A stretch of 64,000 nucleotides of DNA from a bacterium (lineage in GTDB: Bacteria; Verrucomicrobiota; Verrucomicrobiia; Limisphaerales; UBA11358), in contig JAJXYT010000001.1 in assembly GCA_021780375.1 (NCBI GenBank), positions 304 through 64,303 on the forward strand, written 5' to 3'. The notes below the pieces were generated by a model, which saw only the letters and a list, made by a program, of their open reading frames with translations, was not told where the DNA came from and searched no databases. Below are positions 53,559-62,581 of this stretch, piece by piece (position 1 is the first letter of the stretch; each line of letters begins with the position of its first letter). Position numbers and translations under genes: made by a program.

Positions 53559-53594
53559 AAGCGTCCTTGGCGTCCAGCCAAGGACGCTTTTTTC
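53559..53594 (+). terminator. Rho-independent terminator
   Basis: aagcgtccttgg-cgtccag-ccaaggacgctt followed by a T-run, 24 nt after the stop at 53535. Confidence 0.8.
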
Positions 53595-53738
53595 ATGCCT
53601 GGCTGAAGTTTGCACGTTCCGCGGGCATGAGCAAAACGACCCGGAGTGACAAATCTCAGAGCGTGTCCGAAAAACAGCAGCAGCCAGCGTGAACTGGCCC
53701 TGACATCATGACCGCAGCGGCGTTTCACGAGGGAATTT

Positions 53739-53762
53739 GAGCCGACTCACGTCGGCTGCTAC
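53739..53762. repeat. Solo unit of the double-hairpin element (gagccgactcacgtcggctgctac)
   Basis: Perfect 6-bp stem gccgac/gtcggc with loop tcac and the GCTGCTAC end word. No partner unit was seen. Confidence 0.7.
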
Positions 53763-53890
53763 GGCGAATATGGAATTTTCACACACACTCTCAGCCTTTT
53801 GGCGTTTCCCCTTTAGAGCTCGCGCAATGGCCGGCCGTTGTCCTGCATGATCGCATGGCGCAGTTGCCGCAAAGCCCGCGCAGCCTCATT

Positions 53891-54006
53891 GGTAGCGCAG
53901 CCATCCTGGCTGCGGGTGGAACGGCGTCTCGCCCGGTTTTCGCGTGGACGGTTTGACTGGCGGCGGGACGCCGCCGGAACCCGCAGGCGCGGACGCCTGC
54001 GCTACC
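53891..54006. repeat. GC-rich inverted repeat GGTAGCGCAG...CTGCGCTACC
   Basis: The outer words ggtagcgcag / ctgcgctacc and ctgcggg / cccgcag are complementary, with a long GC-rich interior. Confidence 0.45.
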
Positions 54007-54616
54007 CCAAACTGCGGCCACGGGAACGTGTCAGACACCGCGTTCGACGTGTGGCTGGATGTGCCACCCGGTCTGGAGCATCGTGCCACGAACCACGCCC
54101 AATGAATCTCCATCAGGAAATGCCGAAGGAATAATTGTCGGCAAATGGGAACACGGTTCATTTATCAGCCGGTTTCATTGCGAAATGCAGCGCGGGATCG
54201 GTTCCACCTGCGCCAATAATCTCGTTGTAGCAGCCCGGCAACCTGGAAAATGTCGCTTCGCAGGCGGCAGCATTGAAGAAGTGGAGTCTTCCCGCCACGC
54301 GTTGGCGTCGTGATGAGGCCTTCGAACCGGTGGAAAAGGAATGTCTGGCCTCGTTTTTTAGCCGCCTTTGAGGTTGGCTGCAAAATCAGCGAAGTCCTGG
54401 AAGCCCCGTTCGGGTGTGGTCATGGCGTAAAACAGGAGTCGCGCCTGTTTCTGACTTTGAATGATCGCCTTGAGGCGTGGTTTTTCCCGGCTGGCTCGCC
54501 ATGACCAAAAGTTGAGGGAAAATTTTCAGCTCGAGAGAGGCGCGAGGCCTGTCCTCCCCGAGTTGGCACACGTATTGCGGGGATTGCCTGCTGAATGGAT
54601 ACGGCTCAGGCCAGAA

Positions 54617-55582
54617 TCACGGAGGCAAAATTGCCCTGACATACCGGAAGATGTCGGCACCTCCCGATTCGCCAATGGAGGCGGTCGAACTGCTCACATT
54701 CCAATACGTGACAATGCCATTGGGTCCCGTGCTCGACGCATTGAAGAGATTAAACGCATTGGGATTATCCTGTTGCCCCTCCCAGCGGACGTGGCCGTCA
54801 GGGAAAAGCGCATTCATCCCGATATCCCCCTTCGCAAAGGCAAAGTTATCATTTCCCTGGGTTTGATCGGTGGCAATGCACTTTTTCTGATCCAATTCCG
54901 AAACCGTTACGGCCGGTTTTGGGCGATAGAAACCTTTGCCAGCGTATTCCGTGTTTCTTGACTGGGGAAAATAATCATAACCAATCCGGATGTAACCTGG
55001 GTTTTGGCCTGCGTTTGGTTGGGTGCAGTATGACGGCCACGCATAGGGGGGGTTGACATAACAACCGTAGGTCATGTTAAAGCCGATGACTCCCGCCCCG
55101 ACCGGGGTATAAAATACTTTGGGATTGGCAATATCCCTGTCTCCCCATAGAAGCCCAAGGTTCCACCAGCCGGAGGTGGTTTCCCCTGGAACAGTTCCAT
55201 CATCTGTGGAGAAGGTGCTACCCGACTTCATACGCGCTATTTCATGGGTCCGCCACGGGCTGGCCACACTGCTGCCGACGTTTACAGTTCGGTTCATGGC
55301 AACAACTCCCGGCCAGTGAGCCGGCAACAATTGGTTGCGGTGATCGCCCGGATACATTGTCCAGCCTTCGCCAAGTTGTTTCTCGTTGCTGGTGTCGGCT
55401 ACGCGCAACGCCTTTTGCTTGGCCGCCGACAGCGCCGGCAACAGCATCGCGGCCAGGATGGCAATGATGGCAATGACCACCAGCAATTCAATCAAGGTAA
55501 AACCTTGGTGCGGTGGACGTTGCGGCCGACCGGCAGCCGGTCTTACGCCCTTCTGGGCGTCACGATTTAAATTAATAGGCAT
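54617..55582 (-). CDS. DUF1559-type protein with prepilin N-terminal signal, second copy
   Basis: [29 protein letters not shown] class-III signal and a C-terminal ...[11 protein letters not shown] block. Confidence 0.8.
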   Translation of the reverse strand: MPINLNRDAQKGVRPAAGRPQRPPHQGFTLIELLVVIAIIAILAAMLLPALSAAKQKALRVADTSNEKQLGEGWTMYPGDHRNQLLPAHWPGVVAMNRTVNVGSSVASPWRTHEIARMKSGSTFSTDDGTVPGETTSGWWNLGLLWGDRDIANPKVFYTPVGAGVIGFNMTYGCYVNPPYAWPSYCTQPNAGQNPGYIRIGYDYFPQSRNTEYAGKGFYRPKPAVTVSELDQKKCIATDQTQGNDNFAFAKGDIGMNALFPDGHVRWEGQQDNPNAFNLFNASSTGPNGIVTYWNVSSSTASIGESGGADIFRYVRAILPP

Positions 55583-55724
55583 AATGTTTAAAATGTGTTG
55601 TTACGCCAAACACTTCAGGATTGTTTAATACCTACATCCTAACTCCGCGCACAAGCGCCGGCAATTGGTTGCATTTGCAAATCCAATTGAAGAAAGTGCA
55701 CTGGAAAAGTTCCCGGTTCCTTCA

Positions 55725-57098
55725 TTAGTTGAGGCCACCACCCTGGTTGGCGGTCAAATGGATGCGGCTGGCGTTGGTGATAATGCTCCTGGCCCCGGCA
55801 CCTGGAAAAATGCAATGCGCAATGGTGACATCAGTAATACGTACCGAATCGGAAAAGCCTTCAATGCTGATTGGCTGTCTGGATAAGCGGTCGAACGTGC
55901 AGTCGCGAATGTCAATGTCCCGAATGACCGGCGTGGCATGGCCATTAAGAGTTCCTGAGTATTTCATCGTAATGCCGATGCCGGTCCGGGCCGATTTGAC
56001 CGTGCAATTGCGGATATAGACGTTTTTGATGAAACCGCCGCGGGTCATGCCGGTCTTGAATCGCATGGCAATGTCCAGGTTGGGACTGTTGAATTGGCAA
56101 TCCTCGGCAAACACATTTTCCACGCCCCCGGAGGTTTCACTGCCCACCGTCACGCCGCCATGGCCATCTTTGAAGACGCAATTCTGAATCACGATGTTCC
56201 GGCTGGGAATATTGACCCGGCGGCCGTCCACGTCCCGTCCCGACTTGATGGCGATGCAATCGTCGCCATCGCTGAAATGGCAATTCTTGATCAACACGTC
56301 GGTGCAGGAATCCGGGTCGCAACCGTCCGTGTTGGGGCCGTCGGCGTTCACCGTGACACCTTCCACGGTTACATTGGTGCAATAAAGAGGAGTTATCACC
56401 CACATCGGTGAATCAACGATATGCACGCCTTGGATCAAAACGTCTTTGCATCGCGTTGGCTGGATAAAATACGGGCGCAAGTGATGGCCTTCGCCAAAAA
56501 TCCGTTGTGCCACGGGCACTCCACGGTCCCCCATGGCGACCAGTTCGCTGGGGTCCGGAATTCGTTTCCAGGAATACCAGATTGCCTGATGACCTTGACC
56601 GTCCAGGGTTCCTTCACCGGTGATGGCGATGTTCTCCTGACTCAGCGCGTAGATGAACGGCGAGTAATTCATGACCTCTGTCCCTTCATAACGAGTAAAA
56701 ACGACCGGCAAATAGCTCCTGGGATCGGTACTGAAACGGATGGTGGCACCTTTGGCGACGTCCAGGTCCACATTGCTTTTCAGGTGAATGGCGCCGGTCA
56801 AATAAACACCCGCCGGCACGACGACCTTTCCGCCACCGGCTTCATTGCAGGCTGCAATCGCCTGGCGGAACGCCTCGGTGCAATCGGTGACGCCGTCGCC
56901 TTTCGCGCCGTATTTCGTAATCATAAATGACCGATCGGGAAAAGCGGGCGGCACAATTCGGGCCAAAATATCCGGCAGCTTCGACCAGGCCTGGGCGTCA
57001 TTCGTGGCTGCGGTATCAGCTACCCCTTGAAAAGGGAAAAAGGCAGCTGCCGATATGAGAATAAAAATCTGGCGAAACAAAAATTTAATCATAATCAT
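55725..57098 (-). CDS. GH28 polygalacturonase (exo-type likely)
   Basis: Signal peptide and GH28 catalytic blocks NTDGCDP, GDDCIAIKSG, GHGGVTVGSE and RFKT. Confidence 0.87.
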   Translation of the reverse strand: MIMIKFLFRQIFILISAAAFFPFQGVADTAATNDAQAWSKLPDILARIVPPAFPDRSFMITKYGAKGDGVTDCTEAFRQAIAACNEAGGGKVVVPAGVYLTGAIHLKSNVDLDVAKGATIRFSTDPRSYLPVVFTRYEGTEVMNYSPFIYALSQENIAITGEGTLDGQGHQAIWYSWKRIPDPSELVAMGDRGVPVAQRIFGEGHHLRPYFIQPTRCKDVLIQGVHIVDSPMWVITPLYCTNVTVEGVTVNADGPNTDGCDPDSCTDVLIKNCHFSDGDDCIAIKSGRDVDGRRVNIPSRNIVIQNCVFKDGHGGVTVGSETSGGVENVFAEDCQFNSPNLDIAMRFKTGMTRGGFIKNVYIRNCTVKSARTGIGITMKYSGTLNGHATPVIRDIDIRDCTFDRLSRQPISIEGFSDSVRITDVTIAHCIFPGAGARSIITNASRIHLTANQGGGLN

Positions 57099-57220
57099 GG
57101 GACTTCAGAATAGCGGAATCAGAAGACATGCAAACCCGGAACCTTTGCAAAAAGGCATGAGGAAAGTGCATCCCTGACGAAAACCACTTTGTTATCAATA
57201 GCAACCCCCAATGAGAACCA

Positions 57221-57747
57221 CTACGGTTTCTCATGATAAGGGGAACGGCTTTCAAAGAGCTTGAGCTGGTTTTGAATGACATCAGCCAGTGCCTTGTTGT
57301 TTTGCGCGACGCTCAGCTCCATTGCCTGCCGGGCCGTTCCGACTGCTTCCGGAAATCGTCCAGCCCCGGCATAAGCGGCCGCGAGCGTATCCAGGATCTG
57401 GGGCGATGAGCCTGCGGAAAGTTGCACGGCCCGTTGTGCCGCTTCCACAGCCTTTGGCCCATTGCGCAGCGACGCGTCCGGACAGGTCGCCAGTATCCAG
57501 GCCAGATTGAGGCGCGCGCCGGAATGACCAGGATCAAGTCCGAGAGTTCTTTGATATTCGGCGATGGCGGCGGAGAATTTCTTTTCTTTTTCCAAGGCCC
57601 GGGCGTAACGGAAGTGGGCCTGGGCGGATGGTAAACAATGACTGTGGCCACCAGCAAAACCAATCCGGGCAACCAGCCCTGGTTCCATAACTTCCAGGCG
57701 AATTCAATGGCTGGTTGTGGAGGTTTGTTTGCCACGGTGACCGGCAA
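57221..57747 (-). pseudogene. 5'-truncated, frameshifted paralog of the TMTC-like/TPR gene (TPR tail only)
   Basis: The C-terminal ~95 aa are ~70 percent identical to the end of 59182-61404. An N-terminal TM-like segment (WLPGLVLLVATVIVYH) is in a different frame, with the switch near 57620. Confidence 0.55.
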
Positions 57748-57753
57748 AAACTA

Positions 57754-57784
57754 AACAGGCGCTGGAAAATTACCAGCGCCTGTT
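57754..57784 (-). terminator. Hairpin aacaggcgctgg-N7-ccagcgcctgtt after the PEP-CTERM gene stop
   Basis: Perfect 12-bp stem followed on the minus strand by a T-rich tract. A near-identical hairpin lies at 61449-61477. Confidence 0.65.
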
Positions 57785-57807
57785 CGTGAAAAAATACCAG
57801 ACAGGTA

Positions 57808-58809
57808 TTAACGACGGACCCGACGATAGCCCAGAACCATTCCCAACACGCCAAAGCCAAAAATGGCCATTGAGGCGGGCTCTGGCACTGACGAAACCGC
57901 ATCAATAGTTAAGGAATTGACATCCATGGTGGAAGCCGGATCGCTAGAAACGCCCGAATATCGCCACCCGATGGCCATGCCGCTAAACGTGCTGGTCAGG
58001 ATGGTCGAGGTGGTAACGCTTTGACTCCAGAGATCCGTCCCGCCAGTTCCCACTCCATCATAGAGATCGTAAGCAATTGTGTATTGGCCAGCCGCACTCG
58101 AAGTAATCCGGTAGTTAACCGTGTACTGATTGCCACCAGTGAGGGCCAGAGCCGACGCCGCCGTACCTAACGATGTGCCTGTCGGATTTTTATAAGTACC
58201 GGTGCCAGCACCGGTGAAAAGCAGGTCTTGGTTTCCATTGTTGTCATTTCCGGTTCCGTCGGTTACCGCGTTCTGCTGGTTTCGGGTGTAAATCCCGGCG
58301 GTACCGCTTTGAAACACCCTGCCCATGTAACCCTGCCAAAGCTGGGCACCGCCTGTGTTGTATGTCGTCGCCGAGCTGAGGCCGCTCTGATCAAGACCCG
58401 TCAATGGAGCAACCCCGCCGCTGTCGTACAGGCCAACATTGAGGGTAGCCGACGTGCCACTGCCGCCCAGAATGCCGGACGTGTCTGTAAACACAAAATT
58501 AAGGTTCACATAATCCCCGACAGAACCAAGTGTTACCGACGGAAACAAAGCTTGTGCTTCGACAAATGCCGAGGAAGTCGAAGGGAGGCCGAAACTAAAG
58601 TTTCCCGTGGACATCGAAGCAGCCGGGGCATTTTTTGTGGAGGCAATTTCGTAGCTGGTCGAAGTGGAAGTCGGTGCTACTGGTGCAACATTGACGGTGC
58701 TGCTGGAAAAATCATCACTGAATATGTTTCCAGCAAATGCAGATTGGCCGACCACTGCCAGGCTGACAATTGCACTTAGGGTGAGAATAGAGGAACTCGA
58801 ACTTTTCAT
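57808..58809 (-). CDS. PEP-CTERM sorting-domain protein (Ser/Thr/Gly-rich)
   Basis: Signal peptide and the C-terminus VPEPASMAIFGFGVLGMVLGYRRVRR. Confidence 0.8.
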   Translation of the reverse strand: MKSSSSSILTLSAIVSLAVVGQSAFAGNIFSDDFSSSTVNVAPVAPTSTSTSYEIASTKNAPAASMSTGNFSFGLPSTSSAFVEAQALFPSVTLGSVGDYVNLNFVFTDTSGILGGSGTSATLNVGLYDSGGVAPLTGLDQSGLSSATTYNTGGAQLWQGYMGRVFQSGTAGIYTRNQQNAVTDGTGNDNNGNQDLLFTGAGTGTYKNPTGTSLGTAASALALTGGNQYTVNYRITSSAAGQYTIAYDLYDGVGTGGTDLWSQSVTTSTILTSTFSGMAIGWRYSGVSSDPASTMDVNSLTIDAVSSVPEPASMAIFGFGVLGMVLGYRRVRR

Positions 58810-59181
58810 TTGATTTGTGGCTTCCGGATTTTTGTATGTACTCCTTCATTTTGCATATTCCCGGACGTTTGTCAGCTTAAATCTCCTCCAATAGGCTGCA
58901 AAAGACATTGAAAATTCAGCACTCGCTTCGGCGTTATCCGCATAATTTCATGACTTTGAGCAGCATTCGCAAATACCAAGGTCAGTCGGCCGGAAAACAG
59001 GAAAAATGCGCCTGAACGCCCGCTGGGAACACTTCCTGGAACTCGGTTTCCTTATTCAGCATCCGAACCGCGCCTGGCTGGCGTGAATGGAATGGATGGT
59101 CCGCTTGATAGAGCTTCAGTTGTGATCGAAGGGCGAGATGCTGGATTTTCGGACACGATAATTGCCAATGGTCTGTAACCA

Positions 59182-61404
59182 CTAAGGTTTCTCATGGTAG
59201 GCGAAATGCCTTTCAAAGAGTTTCAGTTGAGTCTGTATGTCGTCGGTCAACGCCTTGTTGTTTTGAGCAGTGCTCAAATCCAAAGCCCGGCGCGCGGTTG
59301 CGACCGCTTCGGGAAAACGTCCGGTTTCAGCATAAGCGGCCGCCAGCGTGTCCAGAATCTGCGGGGCTACGCCTGCGGAAAGTTTCACGGCACGTTGCGC
59401 CAGTTCCACCGCCTTTGGACCATCACGCAAGGATGCGTCCGAACAGGTCGCCAGGATCCAGGCCAGATCGTTTTGAGCTGTGACATGAAGCGGGTTCAGT
59501 TCGAGAACCTTCTGAAATTGAGCGATGGCTGCCGCGGATTTGCCCAGGCATCGAAAGGCCAGACCCAATTGATAATGAGCGTGGATTGAATCAGGCGCCT
59601 GTTTCAGCGCTTGCTGGTAATTTTCAGCGGCACCCTGCCACTGGCCTTGGGCGAAAAGCAAATCGGCAAGATTGTCATGCGCCTTGGCGTAGTCCGGATC
59701 AATTTCAAGGGCTTTCTGAAATTGCTCAATGGCCTGTGCCGACTGTCCCTGTCTGGCTAACAGGTCGCCGAGATTATTGTAAAACTCTGCGCGACCCGGC
59801 TCGATTTCGGTCGCCTGCTGATATTGTTCGATCGCCTGATCGACCCGGCCTTGTCTGGCCAGAAGGATTCCCATGTTGTTGTGCGCTTCGGCAAAGGTCG
59901 GGTCAACCGCCAGCGCATGGCGAAAACATTCCAGCGCCTTGTTCAGTTTTCCCTGACGGAGAAGAGCCGTTCCAAGATTGTTATTGCAATCCACACAGTC
60001 GGGATTGATCTGGAGAGCTTTCTGATAATGCCTGACGGCTTCCTCGGTCCGCCCGCGGGCGGCCAGATCATAACCCAAATTGTTTTGGGCGATGTAATTT
60101 CCGCGGGTGCAGGCGATAGCGTGTTTCCAAAGCGATTCATCATTCTTCCAAAAAGAGATTTGCCTCCAAGTGCAGACCGCCAAAGCAACGATTATGATGG
60201 ACGCCGCCGTTGCCAGGATCTGACCGCGATAACGCCAGGTAGTGGTCAAACCTGCGACAACCCACACTATGGCAATATATAATCCGATTTGCGGCAAATA
60301 AGTATAGCGATCGGCATGGGCGTAGAAGGATATCTGCACGATTCCAATGACCGGGATCAGCATCCCCAAATACCAAAGCCAGCCAACCACCAGCCATGGG
60401 TGTTGTTTGTGAAAAGTCCAGACCACCACAGATATGGCCAGTAACAGCGCCACTGCTCCAGCCACCTGCCAGAGGGGCAAATTAGAGGTGGGGTTGGGAT
60501 AAAGACACGCCAGGCCCGACGGATAAAACATCTGCCCGAGGCAGGTAACATACGAGACCACGGCGTTTTCCAGCCGCAATTCCAAAGGCAGACGCAGAAA
60601 ACCAGAAATTTTTTCCGGGGCCAAAAACGTCATCACGCACGATCCAATTGTCAGTGCAAACAGCGGAACCTTCTCGACCAACAGCCTCGCAAAATCCCGG
60701 ATTCCGGATTCCGGATTCCGAATTCGATTCAATGGCCAGTAATCCAGCAACAAGAGCACGAAGGGCAGTGTCACCAGCATGTTCTTGGACAGGAGTCCCA
60801 ACGCGAAGCATAGCGCCACCACGCTGTAGCGAATCATTGAGGGCTGACGGACATAGCGGAGATAAGCACCGAGGGTCAGCATAAAGAAGAACGCGCTTAA
60901 CACGTCCTTGCGTTCCGCCACCCAGGCCACTGATTCCACCCGCAGCGGATGAACCGCAAATACCGCCGCCACAAACGCGCTGCGCCAGAGGGCGCCGGTC
61001 ATCTGTCGCAGCACCAGGAAAAGCAAGATCACCGTTGCCGTGTGCAACAAGACATTGGTGAAATGATGACCTTCGGCATTCAATCCGTAGAGTTGGCAAT
61101 CCAGCATGTGGGAGAGCCAGGTCAGCGGATGCCAGTGGCCAATGGCACTGTAAGTCAGTGCCCAGCGAAATCCTTCCCAGGTCAGACCTCTTTGGACAAT
61201 GAGATTCCTGGAGACATACACACCGTCATCGAAGACGAATCCGCATCCGAGCGTCCGCCCGAAGACGAGGAACACCATCAGTGCCAGCAGAACGCACACG
61301 CTGAAAACTGTCCGGCTGCTGACCGCTTTGCCGGAAAACGATGGTGGCTGCGGAACTGCCATAGGCTTTGACCATATTTGCCGGTCAGGGCCTGAAGGGG
61401 CCAC
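59182..61404 (-). CDS. TMTC-like GT-C membrane glycosyltransferase domain fused to TPR repeats
   Basis: The N-terminal ~400 aa are polytopic, with an FVFDD motif in the first loop as in PMT/TMTC-type GT-C enzymes. The C-terminal ~330 aa are TPR repeats. Confidence 0.75.
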   Translation of the reverse strand: MAPSGPDRQIWSKPMAVPQPPSFSGKAVSSRTVFSVCVLLALMVFLVFGRTLGCGFVFDDGVYVSRNLIVQRGLTWEGFRWALTYSAIGHWHPLTWLSHMLDCQLYGLNAEGHHFTNVLLHTATVILLFLVLRQMTGALWRSAFVAAVFAVHPLRVESVAWVAERKDVLSAFFFMLTLGAYLRYVRQPSMIRYSVVALCFALGLLSKNMLVTLPFVLLLLDYWPLNRIRNPESGIRDFARLLVEKVPLFALTIGSCVMTFLAPEKISGFLRLPLELRLENAVVSYVTCLGQMFYPSGLACLYPNPTSNLPLWQVAGAVALLLAISVVVWTFHKQHPWLVVGWLWYLGMLIPVIGIVQISFYAHADRYTYLPQIGLYIAIVWVVAGLTTTWRYRGQILATAASIIIVALAVCTWRQISFWKNDESLWKHAIACTRGNYIAQNNLGYDLAARGRTEEAVRHYQKALQINPDCVDCNNNLGTALLRQGKLNKALECFRHALAVDPTFAEAHNNMGILLARQGRVDQAIEQYQQATEIEPGRAEFYNNLGDLLARQGQSAQAIEQFQKALEIDPDYAKAHDNLADLLFAQGQWQGAAENYQQALKQAPDSIHAHYQLGLAFRCLGKSAAAIAQFQKVLELNPLHVTAQNDLAWILATCSDASLRDGPKAVELAQRAVKLSAGVAPQILDTLAAAYAETGRFPEAVATARRALDLSTAQNNKALTDDIQTQLKLFERHFAYHEKP

Positions 61405-61448
61405 TTAAAATTTGCCGGCTCGGATACAGAATCGTCTCCAAATACAAA

Positions 61449-61477
61449 ACAGGCGCTGGAAAATTTCCAGCGCCTGT
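61449..61477 (-). terminator. Hairpin acaggcgctgg-N7-ccagcgcctgt after the PEP-CTERM gene stop
   Basis: 11-bp perfect stem. It is a paralog of 57754-57784. Confidence 0.65.
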
Positions 61478-61497
61478 CACAAGGAAAACCACAACGA

Positions 61498-62343
61498 TTA
61501 GCGTTGCATCCGACGCCGGGCTGAGGCAATCAAACCGAATATTCCCAAGCCTGCCAGCGCCAAGACAGACGGTTCGGGAACGCCCGCGGGCGTCACATCC
61601 GCCCAAGTTGTGCCAATCAAAAGATTATCAACCAAATAAGGACCACCCGCCGCGGTTTGAGCTTTGAACCCTACGTTGTCTATGTTTCCGTACGACCCTC
61701 CCCCAGTTCCATACGCTCCAGACGCCGTAAGACCTGAAAGAGTTGCAATCGCTGTGGGTGCGGTTCCACCAAAGGTGCTTGCGTCCGGGTCTATCCAAAG
61801 GCTGGCAGTATGTGCATCGAGGTCAATCATTTCAACGATGAGGTACGTCGTATTAAGTGTCAAGGCGGTGCCGGTCCCAGCGGTTGCCGAAGCAGGGTTG
61901 GCTCGCAACTCCATCTTTCCGTTCGAATAATAATAGGCATCAATCGCGTCGCTGCCGCCATTGGGAGTATTGGCGCCCGCATTCAACGCGGTGAAGTAGT
62001 TATTGGCACTGTCGGCTGCAGTTGCATTAAACAAGAAGGAATAGTAAACCTGCCCGCTGGTCTGATTTGCGAACGTATTATAAATAGTTCCCGCGGCCCC
62101 GTTAGCGATTTGAAGTTCGTTGCCGCCCGAATCTGCCAAACCCGCATAAGTCAGGTTACCGCTGGCAACGGTCAAACCGGAATTACCGGCGCTCCAAGCG
62201 GTGCTGTTACCGGGGTTGATATTACCGCCAAGGACACCCGGGCTATAATTAAAAGCTTCTGAAAAAAGCAGCGTGGCATGGGCAGTCTGAAAAGCAAAAC
62301 AGAGGGCGCCCATAGTGAGAATGACTGAGTATGTACGTTTCAT
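61498..62343 (-). CDS. PEP-CTERM sorting-domain protein with LamG-like module
   Basis: Signal peptide from ATG 62343. The body is LLFSEAFNYSPG...LWIDPDASTFGG...LLIGTTWADVTP and the C-terminus is VPEPSVLALAGLGIFGLIASARRR. Confidence 0.8.
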   Translation of the reverse strand: MKRTYSVILTMGALCFAFQTAHATLLFSEAFNYSPGVLGGNINPGNSTAWSAGNSGLTVASGNLTYAGLADSGGNELQIANGAAGTIYNTFANQTSGQVYYSFLFNATAADSANNYFTALNAGANTPNGGSDAIDAYYYSNGKMELRANPASATAGTGTALTLNTTYLIVEMIDLDAHTASLWIDPDASTFGGTAPTAIATLSGLTASGAYGTGGGSYGNIDNVGFKAQTAAGGPYLVDNLLIGTTWADVTPAGVPEPSVLALAGLGIFGLIASARRRMQR

Positions 62344-62581
62344 AATAAGACTTTGCGATTTATGGTTCGTTCTTCTGATTGCTTTATAATAACCCACTTC
62401 TGCAATCTGTCAGCCCCGTTTTGTTGCAAACATGCATGAAAATTGAGAACTATCGATTTCGAATGATGCTCTATAACCTGTTTATTATTAGCCACTAAAG
62501 ACCACTGTTGCCTAAGCTTTTGAAATGCAGTAAGGAACGCAAATTCGCGCTGTTCCTGGCTCCGGCTGGCCATTCCACCGA

